Origin: Macrostomum hystrix
Lineage: Eukaryota; Animalia; Platyhelminthes
Assembly (NCBI GenBank): GCA_950097015.1
Contig: CATNEN010000011.1
Coordinates: forward strand, 4,216,001-4,280,000
Direction: 5' to 3'
DNA: 64,000 nt
The notes under the pieces are model-generated. The model saw only the letters and a program-made list of their open reading frames with translations, ran no database searches and was not told the DNA's origin. Each line of letters opens with the position of its first letter. Within the stretch, counting starts at the first letter, position 1. Below are positions 22,877 through 33,781 of the stretch, one piece after another. Position numbers and translations under genes: made by a program.

Positions 22877-25851
22877 CATCCAATCAGCGAGCGCCGATTG
22901 GACAAATTGATATTTTCCAATCCAAATAAGAAAGATACACTTACTTCGGTAACAGCAACCAAGCTTTACAATATTCTACTTCATGAAATTTGTATGCAGT
23001 AGTATTTCTGGAGAATTTTGCCTGAATGGTGCAAATTTTCTATTATGTCCATTCATGGTAACAAAAATTTCACAGAAATATTGCACTGTAAACAAAATTA
23101 TACTGAAGCTGAATAAACTTCCTTGTCACGGTAGCGTCGGTTGTCACTAATTAGTGCAGACAACCGCTACTGCTGAGTCTCACATTCTCACAAAAAGGTA
23201 TGTTTCTATCTGTCCGCTACTCTTTAAAAATTTTCCACACCAATCAATTTTATTATTTAGTTCAACTGCTCTGGAGCGGTGTCCGTGCAGCGAGAAAAGT
23301 CTGGAGTTGGTTTCAGTAAGCTGGCCAGCCTCATCCCCTGTTTGAGTATTAATGTACGTATTCTCCACTTTTAGCATAACTCAATAAAAACGTAACAACC
23401 CTGCTACTGTTCTGTCACAAGCTCCTGTTTCCCGATAAAACCCTGCCGTGATGTGGAGTGTACTACGAGAATCGAGTGAGGGTGTGAGCCAGCCAATTTT
23501 TTCGAAACTTTAAGCAATTAATAATCGCGACCCATGACTAGCAGCTGGCCACAAAAGCAAGATCATTAATCTTAGGGCCGGGTTTGGGGCGGCGGTGAAT
23601 TAAGTAGCCATCGATCCCCTCTCCCTGGATCTGTCTTGACCCCTGTAGGAATGACTGATCACTTTACTTTATTGTTACTTTAAGTAAAGTATTAATTTAT
23701 TGTATGAGCTAGTTTAGATCACAATTCCCATCGAAACCGCGATCAGATATCGGGAATCACTCGGGCATTATGAGTGATCAATAATTCATTATGTCCCCAC
23801 TTCTTTAGTGTAATCCGAGCCCAGCTCGATTATATGACCTTTCCCCTTTAGATACATGTAATGTCACTGTCGGCAGGTCGGCGCCTGCGCTTCCCATTGT
23901 CCTGGCGGAGTAGCAATTATTGGCCGACTGCCGGCCAAGCTGTAGCAGTGGCTGCTCGTAAAGGAGCATCTGTCGTTTCTCGCCGCTGGTTCATTGGGTA
24001 ATCGGGGTGGCCCATCGCCGCTCCGATTCCTCGTTGACAGGCCGGCGAGGATGTGGGATATTTTGATGAATGTCGAGGTTGGCGTGGGCTGCAGGACTAT
24101 TTAAGCAAGCGCGCTGCGCTGCTCCCCCAAAAACCCCGGAAACCGAAGCCTCCGGACTCGCCCTCCGACCGGACTCTCCCGTTCCGGAACCTTCTCCCGG
24201 GGACCTAGCTCCCTTGAAGCCTACGCGGACTCCTGAAGCCGAGTCCCTTTACCTACTTCGGAGTCTAACTCCACCAACTTAAGGCTTAGACGCTAGAGCT
24301 TTAAGCTCAACTAGCGCTTACAGGCCCATTGCCTGTCTATAAGCCCCGAATAGGGCAAGCCACCTTTTTAGGTGAGCTCTCAAATTGCGCTTTGCGCCCG
24401 CCAGTGTGTTGGCCCCTGCCAGCCCACAGTTAGCTTTCCCCTTTCCCTTCCCTCGCTGATCTTGCCCTGCCCTTCCTCGAGAACTACAGGCCTGCAGCAC
24501 GCGACCGGCATTTCAGATAAGTAATCTGCGTAGCGGCTTTTTAATTGTTATTCCTAAGGGACCGATTTGCTAGTTAGGCGGCACAATAGCGGGAAGCGGG
24601 CATTGGGATTCTTGGCTTAATAAACGAATCAGCGTTAGCCACTAATTAAACTTAGGCCAATTTTTAAGTACAATTTAACTCCTCTCCTTGTTTGTTTCTC
24701 TACTTTTTATTTGTCATAGACAGCCCTCAGTTATGAGTGGCTAATTCACTAGGGGGTGGGCTCTGGCGAGGCCGAGCTGAAGGCTGTGGCAGGAAGACAA
24801 CTGTGAGCGCGCACGAGAGTAAATAAGGAGCTAGGGATTCGCGAGCAGATGCGGAGCGTAGCATGTGCATATCTGCTGGGGTGGGGGATTCCTTGGCGGG
24901 TTTTCCTCTCTTCCTGGTGGGTCAAAGGGTACGTGCCAAACTCCCTTGCCAATGGAGCTTCCCTTCTGTCCCCCTCCTCTCGCAACTGCGGCCACGGGAG
25001 CGAGAGTGATGATCTAATAATCTTCCGCTTGCATAATCACTCAGCCAGTTGTTCTGCTTAATCTCTCCAGCCTCTGTTTTCCTCAACTCACACAGACTCA
25101 TCACACAGATGTGTTATGAGTAGGATTCTGGCTATGGATTCTCATTCAAGTTCTTAGTACTCGTACCACCTTTCTAGACCCCTGTAGCGCAAACTCAGGA
25201 ATCCCCTTTTGAGGCGTGTCTCGATCCATTCTGGGGCTCTCACCCCAGTCTAAAACGGAAGTTGCAGTAATGCCCTATTTTCGGCTTGTCTAGATCTGCG
25301 TGATAAACTAGGAGCTGTGTACTCCGGGGACCCAAGTTCCCAAATGCCTGCGGTGGCAACGTAGGCGCATTGGGTGGTGGCGCTACCCTAGAACATCTAT
25401 CCGCTTTGCCGATAGCCTTTCCGCAGTTCTGTGGCAAAAGCCTAGACCGGTTCGACCACCGCTACCAAGGCTAGGAGTCAGTGGCGCACCGCGCTACTGA
25501 CGACAGTAGGCTACCTAGCCCTGTCTTGTCCGATTCCGGATAATCCGACGCCCCCGTTAGACTTTTCGCCGGTTTCGAGCACAGCTTGGGGTAGGCACGG
25601 CAGTCATGCCTGTGGCCTATGGGACGAGTGGGACTGGCCAGCCTGAGGCCAATAAGACCACTCCCTGCATCCATTGAACCTCCTCATCTCTTCTCCCCTC
25701 CCTCTCTCCGCGGCATCTCGCGAGTATATAGGCAGATAGACAATCGACTCTATCGCCCGTCTCCAAGCTCCCACCCTTCCGAGGGCAGGTCAGTGGCTTC
25801 AAAAACTCCCAACCATTTCAGCCGTTCTTATACCAACTGTATCTTGTCGTC

Positions 25852-26770
25852 ATGGAGCTCATTTCACTTCTGGGCTCGCTTTCTTTGCTAATTCTGTTCG
25901 AAATTCAGCTGACCGAAGCAGCAACCTGCCCTTCGAAGAGACACTCTTATCAGAACTACGCTTTTCTGCCCAACTGTTCTCGCTCTCTGACCTTGAGCAC
26001 AGAACTCAGTCCCCGAATGCGTCATCGTGGCGGCCATGCGGCCCAACCCATCTGCCGCTGTAATTTCCGTGCCTGACGCCCACTGCTATCTGACGGCCAC
26101 TCTCTGTCCTCGTTACACGCTGTGCCTTCATGATTGTCCCTACAATGTGCTGATGCCAGCCAGCATTCTGAGCACTCTGGAACATCTGATTATGAGCATC
26201 AAGAGCGGCAGCGGTCAGCTAGTTTGGAATCTGATGACTCAGAGTGCTACGAATTCTGACTTTGTAGTGCAGCCAGCTCACCCGGATGCTACCATACTTC
26301 CCAGCGCATTCCGCTCGGCTCTGATGGACAACATGCAAAAACTGATCTCTGGCCTCATCTACAAGCAGCTCATTGTGCAGCTGTACCAGAACTCCACCGT
26401 TGTCGTGAGGCTCGTGTTTGATGTTGGCTCTTCCATTGCCAACCTGAACAGTTTAAACTGGTTCTCTAAGCAACGAATAGTCCAGAGCTGGCCAGTGACT
26501 AATCTCGCTTCAATGCCAACAAACTTCTTCAGCATTGAAGGTGCCACAGACAGTACCAATCTAAGGCGGTTCTTCATCAACATTGACTACCGGGGCTACC
26601 GGTGCGCCACTGACCACGGCTTTATGGTTGTTCTAGACACGCAGAATGATGTCTGCTCTATGTACCGGTATTCGCAGCCCATTCCGCGAATAATGTACAG
26701 CCCGGATCCAACACAGAGCATGAGCTCGAGTCACCGCTATGCTGAATACATGGCTATCTTTGCCCGCTAA
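25852..26770 (+). pseudogene. Secreted family copy B, full length but with a single +1 frameshift near 26001-26003 (pseudogene or sequence error)
   Basis: ORF 25852 (signal peptide, YAFLPNC) and ORF 26027-26770 join as ...LST-NSVPECVIVAAM... if one base is removed, which restores the exact spacing seen in copy A. Confidence 0.8.
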
Positions 26771-28046
26771 GATTTGCCCGAGCTACATATCGCCATGATT
26801 GGAACTTTAAATTGGGAAATTTTCGAGGGCTTGTTTCAGTTTTAAGCGAATAAGTTGCATTCGCGCTGACAGTTCGCGTATAGGTAGCGCAGTTTGTTGA
26901 GGTAATCTTTTTTTCAGACACTAAAGGTAAAAGATTTCGTTTTCGTACAGTACTTGTGCAGTGACTCCCTGAACACTTAGCAGTTTTCTTTGCAAGTTTT
27001 GCACTTGAAAAATGACTGTAAATCGCTTGTATTTTTATAGTGGTTACAGTGCGATGATACGACTCTATAACTTTTACGTGCACCTTCTGTAACGCATGTA
27101 GTTGGATTAACAATGTTCCATCGAAGCCGGGTTTCCTAAGCAGAATCTATTTTTCTTTAGCTAAAATTAGACGAACACGTTATTTGACGGAAAAAAAATT
27201 ACTTATGAGAAATGTCGAATTCGATCCTGCCAGTTTCAGTGCAAAAGCTCTTAAGAATTTAGAGTGACTTCAATGAACTTTTTAAAAGTTCTTTTAACTG
27301 TTGCACGGCCTATAATGATTCAATTTTAAACTCTCACCATATTTGTTTTCATACTCATAAATTAAATAGAACCACTTATGAGGACGATAAGTCGATAAGT
27401 AAGATTTTTTCTAGGATTCACGTAAAATTAGCTTTAAAGTAAATCAAAATTCTTTGTTAAAACAATTATTTTTTTAACATTCAACGGCATATAGCAGAAG
27501 ATCCGGACTTTTGTTTCTTACCTATCCCTCATTGCATGTCCGTATCAGTTCTGTCGGGAGCTGCTAACTCAACATGCACTCAGTGGGCAAAGCACTTATG
27601 CTATTGTCGCGAGTGTTTCACAGTTTGCTCAGATCAATCAATATACCTTTGTCAATTCTGGTAGTTTGAGTTGGAGTTAGAATATACTTGAGAGAGGCCT
27701 TGAAGGTCATGTATGTGGGAAATTGTTGGCCCTCTTAACTACAGCCATGTGTAGCACAAGGTGGAATATCGACTCAAAAGAGAAAAGTGGAGAAAAAGAC
27801 GATAATGAGGTATCTGAATAGCACTTTAAGTCTTCAATAAAAAATATCTCTCATTTGATTGAACTGAGTGAGACTTTGACCTCAAATGAACTAACTGCGA
27901 TGGAAACAGCGGAATAATCTTAATATTTTAGAATAATTTAGACTGTACTGCGCTAGATTTTGAAACCAAATAAGAGGATCTAAGTCTCCTTTGTCAAATA
28001 CCCAATTATATATGGCTGTATAATTGATGACAGCAGTCTCTCAGCC

Positions 28047-28400
28047 ATGCTGAGCACAATGGTATTGTGCTTTGTTTGGTTGGCCCTAATAGGTGTGAAC
28101 TCTTTGACAAGCCGGCAAGAATTCTCTACGCGGCTGCAACACAAACGAATGTGGCCTCGCCGCGGATTCGAGCCCTGGGGCATTGTTGTGAGAGTCGAAA
28201 GAACTATTGCTCCGCTCCTTTCTGGCTCCTCGTCGACTGTCGCCTGACTGTGACCTCAGCCTAATGCAAAAAATAATGATAGTAAAAGTTTTGCTCATGA
28301 AATGTGAAGCTGCTGTCAGGACTAGAGACTGCGTTTTTATCATGCCTCCCAGCATCACACAATTTGAACAGATCGATTACAACATTGAACGAAAAAAATG
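28047..28400 (+). pseudogene. Degraded secreted family copy E (N-terminal part only)
   Basis: Signal-like MLSTMVLCFVWLALIGVNS; in another frame DCVFIMPPSITQFEQI matches DCSFIVLMPSSLVALQHI of copy A; multiple frameshifts. Confidence 0.45.
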
Positions 28401-28899
28401 TAAATTAACAGCAACCTTTGGTGTTGCTAGTTTCATAAAATACACGATTCGAAATCCATTATACGCTATATCTTATGCATTCGTGGCATGGACTTTCCTT
28501 GTACATTTGCGAATACGTTCGTGCTATTGTCGGGATTTAATAAAAGGAAGAGTACCTTTGATATTTCTAACAGATTATTATAAGTCGGCATTAAAATTAA
28601 TAATTATTATTATTGAGGTGCGCACGCCGATTGTGTGCTGATTTTTTTGTTCATTTTATGTTTGAGGCTGAACAATTCGACTTTAAAAAATGAAGGCGAT
28701 AGAAAAACAGTAGCATGCATAAGATTAAGTTTAGGTGAATATAAAATATTTGAAATAAACAAATATTTGAAATAAACAAAGGCATTAAAACAAAAAATGC
28801 AATATTGAAATTTAAAACGAAAATTAAAACGGTGTCTGAAATCACTTCGCTCCCGAAAGGAGTAGCTATTGTGTTTTTGTATTTTAACTATGGGCCCCA

Positions 28900-29420
28900 G
28901 GGCAGTGGCTTTTTTTATCTTGCTTTAGGTATGCTTTCTATGAAGTCCACAAAACTTTCTGTTAATTCTGCGCTTTCCTGTGTCATTAAATACACAATTT
29001 TGTCATCAGCTGTTAGGCTTTCGATATTTCGAACAGTACCTGCTACATTCTCAATGAATTTATTTCTAATTGGAACATAAACGGACCAATCGCATCTAAA
29101 GAGAATATGAGTTTCGTTCTCTACCTCGACTCTACATTTTGGACATGTTCTGTTTTCATAGGCGATTTTCGGTCTTACAGTGCGCAATGTCTCACAGGCC
29201 AGTTTGTGGTTTCCTAGACTAAATCAGGGAATTGTGCGCCTTTGTTCTGGGTTAGAGATTATTAATTTGTAAGGTACTTTTCTCTGGAGAAATCTTTCTT
29301 AAATTTGTAATAGAAGTGGCTGAGCTTGGCAGATTTTCCCATCCTCTGAGTCCAGTGTCTTCGGAACTCTGACTCAAAGTTCCCCGTGCGTTTTGATGGA
29401 CTTCGTTTTTCTAGTCTGTT
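28900..29420 (-). mobile_element. Decayed 3' end of a non-LTR retrotransposon ORF2 (CR1/L2-like C-terminus)
   Basis: Minus strand gives KLSHFYYKFKKDFSREKYL ... RRTIP*FSLGNHKLACET..ENRTCPKCRVEVENETHILFRC, the typical LINE C-terminal H.L..E..R...R.C..C...E.E.H.L..C motif, with stops. Confidence 0.7.
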
Positions 29421-30060
29421 GACAATTCCGCATTACTTCACTATTCATTTTTCCCCAATGCCAACATCGCTGTATTCTGTATCTGCCACCAATTTCGCAA
29501 TGATGGAGTCTGGTCGGCTCCGAACTGAGGACCAGTATTGAAGGCTTCTTTTTTGAATACTATATAATAGTGGTAGTCTTCCTAATTCGGACCGAGCAAG
29601 AATGTAAGAACATAAGAACGAGATCAGTTTGTTGTGTTGTGCTCAGTTTTAATTTCAAGTCAAGCAGAAGGTTTTTATCTCGGTTAGTATAAACAAGCTT
29701 ATAGTCTGGTTAGTTTCAGCAAAAGTGTTACTCGACAAAAAGTGCAATACAGGCAATAATAGCGCTCTCCTAGAAATTTTTATTAATGTTTCTGAAAATT
29801 TTACGTAGCTTTTACCCGTTCTGATAGAGATTAAGTGGCGGGGTGGTCAACGCGTTTGCCTGAGCTCGATTCTGCCGCAAGGCTACATTCATTTGAGGCA
29901 CAGCTGCGGAGAGAAGGCTTTGGGGACTTGTTGTGCAATTTAGGGAGCCTTTGTGAAAAAACCTCCTAAGCACAGTGAAAGTTTACACAGCCTGAAGATG
30001 AGAAAGTCGGAGAAGATGTACACACCTGTGTGATCGTGTGCCTGTGTATCGCATCTACAC

Positions 30061-30704
30061 TTGACTTACTTTGACTTAGCGGCAGGGAGCCTCCATGACG
30101 GACGCAGCGAGGAGGCGGCAGATGCCGCCCATATCGCTAACCCCTAGCAGCCAGACGGCCTCCAGCGAGGCGGTGCCGCTCAGGGTGGTCCATCGGTCGA
30201 ATCCGCCACGCGATCTTCCTCGCCATAGGCTGGGAAGAACTCAGCTCGGCCGGTGTCCCGGAGGAAGTGGGCGAGCTGTGGAATGTTTTCGGGCGAGCAG
30301 GCTTCGACAAGGGTCGGCGCCGGCCCGAGATGCTTTAGCCTAGCCCGGGTGAAGGCCGGGCAGTGGCAGATAAAGTGCTCGGCGTTTTCACGTCCGGAGC
30401 AGCAGAAGGGACACATTTCCTCAGGCACGTGGCCTTGGAGGTAGCGGTGTCTGGTGAAGCAGCCATGTCCCGAGAGGGCCATGGTGACTACTCTCAGGTC
30501 TCTCCGATTTAGCCTAAGCAAGGCTTTACGCAGATTACTAGAGGGGGTTGGCACTGCAGCCCTGGACTGGCGACAGTTCAGGGTGCTAGACCACCTCCTC
30601 CGGTGTTGGGTCTCCATCCAGCGGTTGATGCTGGAGTTGACCACAGAGGCGGGGATCGGGGCCTCCGGGCCCGGGCCCATCAGGGAGCTGGCTGCGCCAG
30701 CCTG
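30061..30704 (-). mobile_element. 5'-truncated LOA/Lian-like LINE (post-RNase H region, CCHC knuckle, 3' UTR, AAGTC-type tail)
   Basis: ORF 30180-30680 is colinear with the C-terminus of the ORF2 ending at 37483 ([33 protein letters not shown]). Tail AAGTCAAAGTAAGTCAAG. Imperfect 10-bp TSD GCATCT(A/T)CAC at 30051-30060 and 30705-30714. Confidence 0.85.
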
Positions 30705-30714
30705 GCATCTTCAC

Positions 30715-30920
30715 AACGGAGTACAATCGAAAGAGCACAGCCGGTATAGCGCGGACATAGAGCGTCAGTAATTTGACACGAGTCTTCAATTTGCCGCGCA
30801 GAGAGCTCGGTAGCATGGCAGCAGCGATAGCGCAACTCTTTCCATCAGTCGCTTACAATACCTTGGTGATCAAACACATCCGCTTGAAGAAATGCGCTCT
30901 GTGCTGAAGTCTCTTCTTCG
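30715..30920 (-). pseudogene. Degraded secreted family copy D (N-terminal Cys domain), interrupted by the truncated LINE
   Basis: Minus strand gives DGKSCAIAAAMLP and, in a shifted frame, CQITDALCPRYTGCALSIVL, matching CSIAASMS and CLTTAAMCPRY of copy A. In-frame stop at 30853-30855. A possible continuation (ESSSGKRV) lies near 29850-29880. Confidence 0.6.
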
Positions 30921-31781
30921 AGCAACTCTTTAATGCAGGGGCGCAAGAATGTGAGCTGAAGCGTGCCTTCAACTGGCCTGCCGGTCCAATTGTTCACCTC
31001 CTAACAATACCCTCCTAACATACATCTGTCGTACGGTCGTCAAATGTGACATCAGGCTGATCCAGCACAGCCATGAAGCCAAAGTCTGAATGACAGCCAC
31101 CATAAAAGTAGTTGATAAAGAAGCGTCGGTTATGGACCTCCCGAACATGTCCTTCGATGGCGAAAAAGTTAGTTATTCGAGACTGCAGGTTTGTCACGGG
31201 CCAGCTCTCCACTAGCCTCTCCTTGGCGAACCAGTTTAGCTTGGTAACATAATGTTCCAACGAGCCTTCGAGCGTACATCGAACACAAGCCTCACAACGA
31301 TTGTTGTATTCTTGTACAACTGTACAATGAGCTGCTTGTACAGCAGACCAGAAATCAGGCTTTGAATGTCGTCAAGAAGGCTTGAACGGAAGGCAGTCGG
31401 CAGAAGTCTGGCATCAGGGTGAATGGGCTGCACAATGTAATTAGCGCCTTCTGTGCTCTGCGTCATCAGGTCCCATACGCGACGTCCACTGCTGCTCGCA
31501 CCGGCGGGACACAGCGCCTGTGAGGTATGAGTCAGTCCAGGCCCACGGGCTAAGGTCTGCGATGCCTCACATCTGCAGTCGCTTTTTGAGCAGGCCTGGC
31601 AGGAAGGAGCCCTGTACCTTCGGGTGCAGGAATCCCTCCACGCTGTCCCGTCAGCTGACCCATGGGTACACGTCCCGCGAGTGTTCAAGGCTGACCCTAG
31701 GGCAGCCGGACAGAACGGGCAACAGCGCTGGATGACCCATCCAGGGCCTCCGGCCAAACTGGGTACCTCTAGCCCTGGCTG

Positions 31782-32122
31782 GAGGGAAAGGTGTCACCCT
31801 TTGACCTTAACAGGGTATGCGGCCAGTCCGCAGCGTTCGTGCACCTGTGCGTGATCAGGTACCTATGGCTACGGCTCTGAGGGAAAGGTGTCACCCTTTG
31901 ACCTTAACAGGGTATGCGGCCAGTCCGCAGCGTTCGTGCACCTGTGCGTGATCAGGTACCTCTGGCTACGGCTCTGAGGGACAGGTGTCACCCTTTGACC
32001 CTAACAGGGTATGCGGCCAGTCCGCAGCGTTCGTGCACCTGTGCGTGATCAGGTACCTCTGGCTACGGCTCTGAGGGTAAGGTGTCACCCTTTGACCTCA
32101 ACAGGGTATGCGGCCAGTCTGC
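31782..32122 (+). repeat. 97-bp tandem monomers (3.5 copies) in the LINE 5' UTR
   Basis: GAGGGAAAGGTGTCACCC-like starts at 31782, 31879, 31976 and 32073; the units are almost identical. Confidence 0.92.
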
Positions 32123-32258
32123 GGGCCTGGCACTGCTTTAGGTGTCCTCTTATGCCTAAGGTCTCACCGCGCTGAGGGGCTGAAAGGTCCGGGGAGTCTA
32201 TCCGGCCATTAGCGGTTTTTATTATTATTATTTTTTCTTTCTCTCTTTCCAGCGACCT

Positions 32259-33677
32259 ATGGAGTCCCACTATAGCTCCAGCACGTCCCAGGACCCTGCT
32301 GAAACGCTGACCCCGGCCGGCGACGCAGATCCTCAGGACCAGCGCCAGGGCGACACCGGTTCCACCGGCGCCCAAAATCCATCCTGCTCCTCCGCCACTC
32401 AGGAAAACACCAGAGCGGCTGGATCAAAGAGCAAACGCTCCCCTTCCACGCAAGCCCGCAGCTTCGCCCGCCTCCAGGAATTTCGGCGGCGAAAACAGGA
32501 AGCACGGTTGGCTGCGAAATCTGCGCCAACCACCGCCTCCGAGGAGGGGGCCGGAAACTCTGCGAACATCGCGGAGGAACCGGCACCCAACAAGGAGGCG
32601 GACTCCTCGCGCCGTCCGAGAAACCCGGAAGCGCGGAAAAGTGCCGCCCAGGCCTCTGGGGAGTCCGGTTCCTCTCGCGGCGGAACCTCTCACAGTCATC
32701 CGGAAACTCCGACGACTGCTGGGGGGCCCGTTGCGGGAGGCGCCGGCCAAACCACAAGGCCAAAGCGCACTTACGCTGCTATGGCAAAGAGGCAGCCGGC
32801 CTTGGTTATCCGAGGCCAGGAGACGCCCCTCTCAACAGCGCAACTCGACCAGATCTGGCGCAGATTGGACTCCCATCTGGTCAAACTGGCACTGAGCGGC
32901 ACTGTACTGCACGTCCTGAAGACCGACATCCAGGACCAAGCCCTCATTGTCCAGCCTGCTGACAACCAGTCCGGACAGCAACTCCTCGAGATGCTGAAAT
33001 CCTTCGACTGGGGCACGGAAATGGGCAACCTGTTTATCTACAGGGAGGACGAGCGCCCCCAGACACACCGTCATCGTGTTTGGATCCCAGCTCGCAGCGC
33101 CATCACCAACGCCGGAGAACTGCGCCGCCTGCTGTTGGCAATCCACCCGGATCTGCCAGCAAACGGTGTCGTGGTTCATGAAACCATCACCAGACCTGGT
33201 GGAGACGGTTTCACGGCCATCCTAGGATTGTCGGACAGCTGGATGCTCCGCTGCCCAGACATGTCCTACATCAGTGCAGGCCTCACTCGAATGCAGATTT
33301 TCAGCTTCGAGTCCGACGCCACTCGCCCGCCGCCCCCGGAAAAGCGGAAACGGACGAACCAGAGCTCTGCCGGGCCCCTGCGCCCTGGAACACAGACTCC
33401 TGATCGTCACGACCACTCCGAGGATGCGGACCCTATCAGGGGCAAAGCCGCGCGAGCCGCAACGACAGGCGGACGTGGTAAGGGCCGGAAACCCGCCCGC
33501 AACACCATCCGTACTGGCCTGACTCAGCGAGCCAGACAGCTGTCGGACCCCAACAGTGGACGCCACCGCAGCACCACCCGGCCCAATGTTTCATCGGAAC
33601 CCCCGGCGGAAAACCGGGCTGAGGATACGGACGCCGCTGTTGCGGCAGCCCCGGCCTCAGCTCTGGATCCGATTTAG
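32259..33677 (+). CDS. LINE ORF1 protein (472 aa) with a central DUF4780-like domain typical of LOA-clade ORF1
   Basis: Low-complexity termini around a globular core (LVIRG..IW..L...ALIV.PAD..S...L...W...RVWIP..LRRLL..HPDLP), recalled as DUF4780-like; not searched. Confidence 0.75.
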   Translation: MESHYSSSTSQDPAETLTPAGDADPQDQRQGDTGSTGAQNPSCSSATQENTRAAGSKSKRSPSTQARSFARLQEFRRRKQEARLAAKSAPTTASEEGAGNSANIAEEPAPNKEADSSRRPRNPEARKSAAQASGESGSSRGGTSHSHPETPTTAGGPVAGGAGQTTRPKRTYAAMAKRQPALVIRGQETPLSTAQLDQIWRRLDSHLVKLALSGTVLHVLKTDIQDQALIVQPADNQSGQQLLEMLKSFDWGTEMGNLFIYREDERPQTHRHRVWIPARSAITNAGELRRLLLAIHPDLPANGVVVHETITRPGGDGFTAILGLSDSWMLRCPDMSYISAGLTRMQIFSFESDATRPPPPEKRKRTNQSSAGPLRPGTQTPDRHDHSEDADPIRGKAARAATTGGRGKGRKPARNTIRTGLTQRARQLSDPNSGRHRSTTRPNVSSEPPAENRAEDTDAAVAAAPASALDPI

Positions 33678-33781
33678 GAGGAACCGATGGAGCTCGGGCA
33701 AAACACCGGCGAGGACGAGGAATCGCTCCTGAACAGCTCGCCGTAGGCCAGCAGATAGCCGCACGGACCGCCCCTCCTGGG

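Noticed and set aside
31782-32122. CRISPR-like array
   Set aside because: The units are contiguous with no unique spacers, there are no cas genes, and the context is a eukaryotic LINE UTR. The same applies to the 20-, 23- and 18-bp arrays.
31493-32200. Canonical HDV, hammerhead or twister ribozyme
   Set aside because: Partial motifs (CTAA, TCCACGC, TCCGCAGC, CTGAGG..GAAA) could not be closed into the required helices by hand, so the region is kept only as an unclassified structured UTR.
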